From IMG/VR virus record IMGVR_UViG_3300037493_000871, positions 1,571 through 65,570 of that record: a stretch of 64,000 nucleotides of DNA; one strand, given 5' to 3'. Shown piece by piece: positions 58,974-64,000 of the stretch; position 1 is the first letter of the stretch; each line of letters starts with the position of its first letter. The notes below the pieces were generated by a model that did not search any database, was not told where the DNA came from, and saw only the letters and a list, made by a program, of their open reading frames with translations. Both the position numbers and the translations under genes were made by a program. This DNA is from a virus (taxonomy: Duplodnaviria > Caudoviricetes).

Positions 58974-59747
58974 TTACGGGTGGATTACGAGGACGTCGGT
59001 ACGAACTACCTCGGTCATGTCTTTGGCGCATTGAGCCATCAAGGACTTCCATGCATCGCGCCAGTCGTCATGCGCTTGAATTTTCATATGCCGGTTGGCA
59101 TAGGCTGGGTACTTCACAAGGCCGACTACGTCGGGCCACTGGTTCACATATACGTCATCACGTACAAGCTTCTCCATCGAAGCGTTGAGCCACGATACCT
59201 CGGGCACCCCGGCAGCTTGATACAGGATAGGGAATGCATCCTTGAAGCCTGACTCGGCTACGTCCCTACGGAACTCGGCGCGTTCATCTTTGTCTGCCCG
59301 CTTGCGCTCGAATGGCACGGGGGTGCCGCGTTGGTTGCCGTATGCGTCGAACATAATGCCGTCGAAGAACATGACCGTCCCGCTAGCTCTCGTGATAGTT
59401 TGTTGGCTCATGCCGAACACACGGCGGCCTCCGACCCACATGCGCGGCCCAGTGAAGAACGACCCGAGTGCTGTGTTCAAGTTCCTGAGCGTTGTGCTTG
59501 TCCACCACCCGCCAGTGCTCAGTCGGACTGTGCCATCCTCGTATGCCGTAAGGATATCTGTGCGGTGCATACGCACCACCATTGCATTGGTTGCCTCGGT
59601 GCCATGTCCGGCCCATGAAGGTCGAGCTACGACCCGGAAGTGTGTCTTGCTTCGCCGTGATGAGTCGGCAGGGGCCTCGCCCTTGTGCGCCCCGCGCTTG
59701 TACATATAGCGCTCCAAGTGCAGCTTGAGTTTGGTGTACGTGTTCAT
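58974..59747 (-). CDS. hypothetical protein
   Basis: H.TDI...DGTV.L.TGGW...TT...N; SD AAGGA. Confidence 0.75.
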   Translation of the reverse strand: MNTYTKLKLHLERYMYKRGAHKGEAPADSSRRSKTHFRVVARPSWAGHGTEATNAMVVRMHRTDILTAYEDGTVRLSTGGWWTSTTLRNLNTALGSFFTGPRMWVGGRRVFGMSQQTITRASGTVMFFDGIMFDAYGNQRGTPVPFERKRADKDERAEFRRDVAESGFKDAFPILYQAAGVPEVSWLNASMEKLVRDDVYVNQWPDVVGLVKYPAYANRHMKIQAHDDWRDAWKSLMAQCAKDMTEVVRTDVLVIHP

Positions 59748-59778
59748 GGTGTTGTTCCTTATGTCTAATATTAGACGG

Positions 59779-60000
59779 TTACGTTCGTTTTGGATTGAGT
59801 TGAGAGAGGGTTGCCCGATCGGTGACCAGCATATAGTTGGACTTGTTCAGGGGCACGGCGCAGTGCTTGACGGCACGCGCTTCGCTTTCACCACACGCTT
59901 GGCATGTGGGTCGTTGCATATGTCGGCGCTTAGGCTCGACTCGCACTGCATAGCAGCACATGCATATGGGTAGATATCGTTCGTTCATGGTCATGCCCAC
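59779..60000 (-). CDS. Zn-finger small protein
   Basis: CxxC...CxxCGE...PLNKSNY...LNPKRT. Confidence 0.75.
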   Translation of the reverse strand: MGMTMNERYLPICMCCYAVRVEPKRRHMQRPTCQACGESEARAVKHCAVPLNKSNYMLVTDRATLSQLNPKRT

Positions 60001-60269
60001 GGGTATCGGGCGAGGAACCCGCTGTGCTGTTGGGGGTACAGCTTGCGTAGTGATTCGCGCACTTCAAGGTAGCTGGCATACGTCCGTGCATAGCTTGCTT
60101 GGGCATCGAGCACCATCTCTTGCGGGGTCTCGGGGTGCCTCATTATTTCGAGCAGCGTGCCGCCCATCTCTTGCGTCTTGGCATAGAGCGCCTTGTAGTA
60201 GTCACGTACTTTGGGCAGCGCCATACGCAGCTTGAGCTGTCGTTCTTTGTCGGTCATTAGGGTCTCCAA
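59991..60269 (-). CDS. hypothetical protein
   Basis: Coupled helical ORF. Confidence 0.55.
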   Translation of the reverse strand: METLMTDKERQLKLRMALPKVRDYYKALYAKTQEMGGTLLEIMRHPETPQEMVLDAQASYARTYASYLEVRESLRKLYPQQHSGFLARYPWA

Positions 60270-60482
60270 TAAAGTAAGTCAAGTGCCACGACGATCAGGC
60301 ACAGGAGGAACACGGCTCGCTCTATGCGTTGCCAAGGGGTTTTGTTCATTTCGTCAGCCTCAGTTTTAGCATGTATGCAATGGTGTACAGCCGTGCCCAT
60401 TCTTCGATGTACTTGGTGTCCTCTACGTCAGCGCGTAGTTCTTCGAGTTCTTGCAGTCGCAGGTTCAGGGTTGTCATGTCGT

Positions 60483-60767
60483 TCATCGTTTGCTCCAGTT
60501 GGTTGTAATCATGATCTTGGCCACGGCCAAGGCGTCGTCTAATATTAGATTGTTGGGCAGCTCTGCGAACGTGCCCCCGTCATAGTTGTTGCCGGTGCTC
60601 ATGTTGATGACGTACTTGTCCCTGTTAAAGCTCAGGTCTTGCAAGTACCCCATATAGAACCCGCCGTACTTGGTGTCGTGGCCGGGGTCATCCTTGTCCA
60701 CGAGAAAGTACATCCCCTCGCGGTCGGTGTCGTCCATGTTGCTCTCTTGTACCCACTCTGGTGTCAT
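60483..60767 (-). CDS. small paralog-family protein 4
   Basis: C-terminal LPNNLILDDALAVAKIMI. Confidence 0.7.
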   Translation of the reverse strand: MTPEWVQESNMDDTDREGMYFLVDKDDPGHDTKYGGFYMGYLQDLSFNRDKYVINMSTGNNYDGGTFAELPNNLILDDALAVAKIMITTNWSKR

Positions 60768-60988
60768 GTCGTGCTCCTGTTTGCCATGATGATTACCTTG
60801 GCTATCTCTTTGGCCTCGGTTAGGGTTAGCTCGCTGGGCAGGATCGTGAAGGACTCGCTCTTACTTAGCCATACCTTGCCGGTGGCCGGGCTCATGCTGC
60901 CTAGTGGGCGAGCGCGAGCATCTTCCATCAAGTACCACAACGAGCCGCTGTACTGCCAGTACACATTGTTTGCATCCTCTGCGTTCAT
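60764..60988 (-). CDS. small paralog-family protein 3
   Basis: C-terminal LPSELTLTEAKEIAKVIIMANR. Confidence 0.7.
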   Translation of the reverse strand: MNAEDANNVYWQYSGSLWYLMEDARARPLGSMSPATGKVWLSKSESFTILPSELTLTEAKEIAKVIIMANRSTT

Positions 60989-60990
60989 TG

Positions 60991-61209
60991 CTATCTCCTA
61001 TGGGCTAGTATCAGCATCCGGGCGGCAGCCAGTGCCTCGTCTAATATTAGATCGTCAGGTAGGAAGGCAATCTCGTTCCCGTTGACTGTGTACACACACC
61101 GCGAGTTACTTCCGAACGCCCCGAAGAACGCATTGGGATGCAAGTCCGCAGGGTCAACGGGGTACAGGTAGTGCAGGTTGTTCCCGCTATCGTCCCAATA
61201 TGTTTCCAT
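60991..61209 (-). CDS. small paralog-family protein 2
   Basis: METYWD...LPDDLILDEALAAARMLILAHRR; SD AGGAG. Confidence 0.75.
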   Translation of the reverse strand: METYWDDSGNNLHYLYPVDPADLHPNAFFGAFGSNSRCVYTVNGNEIAFLPDDLILDEALAAARMLILAHRR

Positions 61210-61211
61210 TG

Positions 61212-61424
61212 CTATCTCCTGTTTGCCATGATGATTACCTTGGCCGCAGCCAGTGCCTCGTCTAATATTAGATCGTCCGGCAGGACTGCTACCGGCTTGC
61301 TGCCGCCGTCCCGCGTATACACTGCTCGGCGGTGGGAGTCGTATGCTCCTATGTAGAGGCTGCGCGGCCCCTTCTCCCACAGGAACAGCAAGCCCACGGT
61401 CGGGGTGTCCCAATATGTTTCCAT
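61212..61424 (-). CDS. small paralog-family protein 1
   Basis: METYWD...LPDDLILDEALAAAKVIIMANRR; SD AAGGAG. Confidence 0.75.
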   Translation of the reverse strand: METYWDTPTVGLLFLWEKGPRSLYIGAYDSHRRAVYTRDGGSKPVAVLPDDLILDEALAAAKVIIMANRR

Positions 61425-61495
61425 TGCTATCTCCTTACTGTGCATTACATAAGGCACGGATTACCCATGCCTTACAAGATAAACAGTTGTTGTTT

Positions 61496-61969
61496 TCACC
61501 CACATCGCTTTGTTTTTGCCGCAAGGTATGCAGCGTATGCCTCCTCTGCCGTATCAAACAGCCCGAGGTACTGCTGTACCCCATCGGCTTGGAAGTCCGC
61601 ACGCCATTGGTTCTTATGGGCGACCACCCCGCGAAACCCGGACTTGTTATCCGCACGGGGGCCATGCTTGTTGAGGTTGTTCTCTACGCGGTTGGACAAT
61701 CTAATATTAGATATGCGGTTGTCATCCCGAACCCCATTGATGTGGTCGAGTTCGCTCTCCGGCCAGTTACCGTACACATAGCACCACGCAAGCCTATGGG
61801 CAAAACATCTATGCCCCTCCACAGTGCAATAAATGTATCCGGCGGAATGCTTGGTGCCCACGGCTGACCCAACGGCGCGGCCTTTCACGCCAACTCGGCG
61901 CGTAAAGATACCCGTGGCTGGGGCGTAATTGAGTAGTTCCCGCAAGCGGGTAGAATCTGGTCTGCTCAT
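61496..61969 (-). CDS. HNH-AP2 homing endonuclease
   Basis: AHRLAW...DHING.RDDNR..N.R; AP2-like N.SG.RGV...W.A...YLG.F.T.EEA..AY. Confidence 0.92.
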   Translation of the reverse strand: MSRPDSTRLRELLNYAPATGIFTRRVGVKGRAVGSAVGTKHSAGYIYCTVEGHRCFAHRLAWCYVYGNWPESELDHINGVRDDNRISNIRLSNRVENNLNKHGPRADNKSGFRGVVAHKNQWRADFQADGVQQYLGLFDTAEEAYAAYLAAKTKRCG

Positions 61970-62038
61970 GTTGTCATGCCTTTACATGATGGTTTGGGAA
62001 GTGACCCCGTTAGCCTGCCAGCTTTCGGGGTTGCGTTT

Positions 62039-62067
62039 ATTTTACATGTTTGTATTTGAAAATGCAA
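62039..62067 (-). promoter_or_regulatory. sigma70-like promoter of HNH-AP2 gene
   Basis: TTGCAT-17 nt-TAAAAT on - strand. Confidence 0.6.
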
Positions 62068-62069
62068 GT

Positions 62070-62568
62070 CATAGCCCACGTAGTAGGCTACAAGCTGGAT
62101 TCTCCAGCCCAATGCCTAAGCATTGGTAGTGTGCGATAAGCGGTGTCAGTGCGGCATATCAGGGTTGGTTACCTTTCCGCAGCTCTAGGGTTCGTCACGG
62201 TTTCCCGGAGAGGAGCCCCGCTATTTAGGCACATAGCGTTCGCATTACATTGTGCTATCTCGTTCGGCATCTGGGGACTGGTGTGTCCCTATACGATGCA
62301 CTACTTGATACACCACACAATGTACCGACTGGATACGGTACGCCTATTCGCCAAAGGAAGTGATCGCATATCTAAGTCGGGGGTGTGTCCCACGGTCTAG
62401 CCTAATTCCTACTAGTGGCTTCTGCATTGATGCAGCGGCGGTTTGTCTGCACGTCAGGCCATCTAATATTAGACAAAGACCTAACGTAACATCCGGGTAT
62501 GTTGTTAAAGAACGTGAGCCGCACAATGGTAAGGCTGGCTATCGAGTCAGAACGATTTCCAACTCGAT
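62070..62568 (-). ncRNA. candidate ~500-nt structured non-coding RNA or leader
   Basis: No convincing ORF; several stem-loops; directly downstream of a strong promoter. Confidence 0.4.
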
Positions 62569-62574
62569 ATAATA

Positions 62575-62603
62575 ATTGTACCACAGATTGCGTTAACTGT
62601 CAA
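62575..62603 (-). promoter_or_regulatory. strong early sigma70 promoter
   Basis: TTGACA-17 nt-TACAAT with extended TG on - strand. Confidence 0.85.
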
Positions 62604-62611
62604 GTGTTTTG

Positions 62612-63412
62612 TCAAGCTTTTGGGGCTTCAAGTGCGGTGTAGAAGGCGGCTATTTTCCGCAGTTCTTCGGGGGTAGCATCATTCTTAATCCGATTTGCCC
62701 GCTGAGATACCATAACAATATTCCCGGGCACGTAGCCTTTGCTGGGGTCAATCCGGTCTAGCGCCATCGCATTATCCGCACCGCCGATAGTACCTGCGTA
62801 CATTAGGGGGATTCCAAGCACGGGGCATACGAGGGGCAACGGGTAAAAGTCGGATAGGGTTAAAGAGAACTCAATACCTTTGGCCAGCGCGTGGTTTCGT
62901 TTGCTGGTAATCCGTGCCCCTAAATATTTTCGCAGTTGGGGGTCAGCCTGTATTGCCCCGTAGTGGCCACCATGCAGCGTGCGAATGCGTTCTGTCATAG
63001 TTGCTGCCGCCGCAGTTTGGCGTATTGTTTGCGGATGCACCGCATGACCTTGCGCGGCTAGTTTATCGGCAATCTGTTTAACTCGCTGTCTACTCAGCCC
63101 ATACAATGCCCCGACCTCCGCAAGAGTCAGGCCCTCGGATAACTTACTGTGCATCGCCAACTCCCGAGGTTTCAGTGGGCGGATACTTTGCGTCTTGTAT
63201 AGCAGTGCTGGGTTGTTCGTCTTCAACGCGGTAATAAGTTTTCGCGGGTTGTACGTTTTGCCCTTGATTTGGAAGTGGGGCTTACCGTTTGAGGTTACTA
63301 CCGGAACCGGGGTGCCGATTGCGTGGCGCATATCGCGCCGGACTTTGCAGTACACAAGCACGCCGGATTCTATGGAAAGGATATCAAGAAGTTCTTTAGG
63401 GGTCAGGAACAT
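62612..63412 (-). CDS. HTH plus HNH-like endonuclease protein
   Basis: Sigma region 4-like TLAEVGALYGLSRQRVKQI; CPVLG...LDRIDPSKGYVPGN.......N..K. Confidence 0.8.
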   Translation of the reverse strand: MFLTPKELLDILSIESGVLVYCKVRRDMRHAIGTPVPVVTSNGKPHFQIKGKTYNPRKLITALKTNNPALLYKTQSIRPLKPRELAMHSKLSEGLTLAEVGALYGLSRQRVKQIADKLAAQGHAVHPQTIRQTAAAATMTERIRTLHGGHYGAIQADPQLRKYLGARITSKRNHALAKGIEFSLTLSDFYPLPLVCPVLGIPLMYAGTIGGADNAMALDRIDPSKGYVPGNIVMVSQRANRIKNDATPEELRKIAAFYTALEAPKA

Positions 63413-63484
63413 GGTAAATCCTTTACAAGTTAAGCGGCCAGTGTGCCACAAAGTCAAGGGGTTGTCTATCTAATATTAGACGGG

Positions 63485-64000
63485 TCAATCATCCGACCAC
63501 TCGCGCAGCAGTCTTTGGCGGACGACTTCCTGTTCTGCGGCCAGCTTGGTCTTTGCTTGGCGTTCGACTTGGGATGGGCGGTTGTTCGTGATGCCGTTGA
63601 TGGCAGCCAGCTGGCTTACCCGTGTGATGGATAGGTTGAAGGTGGCAGCGACTTGCGCATACCGTTTGCCGTCCCGCAGTTGGGCCACAATGGCTTGGTC
63701 GCGCTCCGCGTTGAGCTGTCGCTGTTGGAAACTAGGGCGCTGTTGGGTCAGGCTGTGTTCGGCGGCGATTTGGTTGATACGCACAATGGACAGATCAAAT
63801 TCCTTTGCTATATCAGCACGGCGTTTGCCATCTAATATTAGACGGACAATGGCAGCGTCCCTGTCCTTGTTTATGACTGGTCGGCCTCCGGTTAAGTATG
63901 CTTTTAGGGCGACCGCAGCGGCGGCTTCTAAACCTCCGGGATGTTTGGCAGAGAGGGCCTTGGCGAAGGCATCGGGGAGTTCAAGTACAAGTGTGGTCAT
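63485..64000 (-). CDS. tandem-HTH DNA-binding protein (start at window edge)
   Basis: Two repeats of RD.AIV....DGKR.A.(I/V)A..F.LSI.R..Q.AA. Confidence 0.8.
   Translation of the reverse strand: MTTLVLELPDAFAKALSAKHPGGLEAAAAVALKAYLTGGRPVINKDRDAAIVRLILDGKRRADIAKEFDLSIVRINQIAAEHSLTQQRPSFQQRQLNAERDQAIVAQLRDGKRYAQVAATFNLSITRVSQLAAINGITNNRPSQVERQAKTKLAAEQEVVRQRLLREWSDD

Larger units (their letters stand above)
47025..63842. repeat. dispersed 12-bp palindrome TCTAATATTAGA, 15 copies
   Basis: Starts at 47025, 52761, 54141, 55806, 57002, 57685, 58939, 59764, 60538, 61040, 61261, 61700, 62462, 63469, 63831. Confidence 0.95.

Noticed and set aside
61970-62570. tRNA genes or short ORFs in the non-coding region
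   Set aside because: No cloverleaf with a T-loop consensus seen; the 60-85 aa ORFs lack convincing RBS or motifs.
52761-63842. Palindrome copies as a CRISPR array
   Set aside because: Only 12 bp, irregular spacing of hundreds to thousands of bp, inside genes; no cas operon.
1-64000. Prophage boundaries, integrase or alternative genetic code
   Set aside because: No recombinase, att site or host genes recognised; standard code gives dense intact ORFs.

Overview
The window is most of the genome of a tailed dsDNA phage with a podovirus-like layout. The + strand arm (1-37397) carries packaging, head (terminase, portal, GroES-like, scaffold, capsid), small basic proteins, adaptor/tail/fibre, lysis and four large putative internal/ejection proteins. 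The convergent - strand arm (64000-37394) carries early accessory genes, a MoxR AAA+/VWA module and replication genes (Pol A, Cas4-like nuclease, SNF2 helicase, primase-helicase). I saw no integrase, tRNA, rRNA or CRISPR array. Most notable: (1) a perfect 12-bp palindrome TCTAATATTAGA found 15 times, only in the early/replication arm, written into coding sequence and stop codons; (2) a Pol A intein whose HNH homing endonuclease is a separate gene overprinted in another reading frame; (3) tandem small paralog cassettes with variable N-termini; (4) candidate structured RNAs including a ~500-nt non-coding leader; (5) a shared hydrophobic-A-x-G-G peptide motif across virion proteins. All product calls come from motif recognition and gene order by eye; no database search was run.
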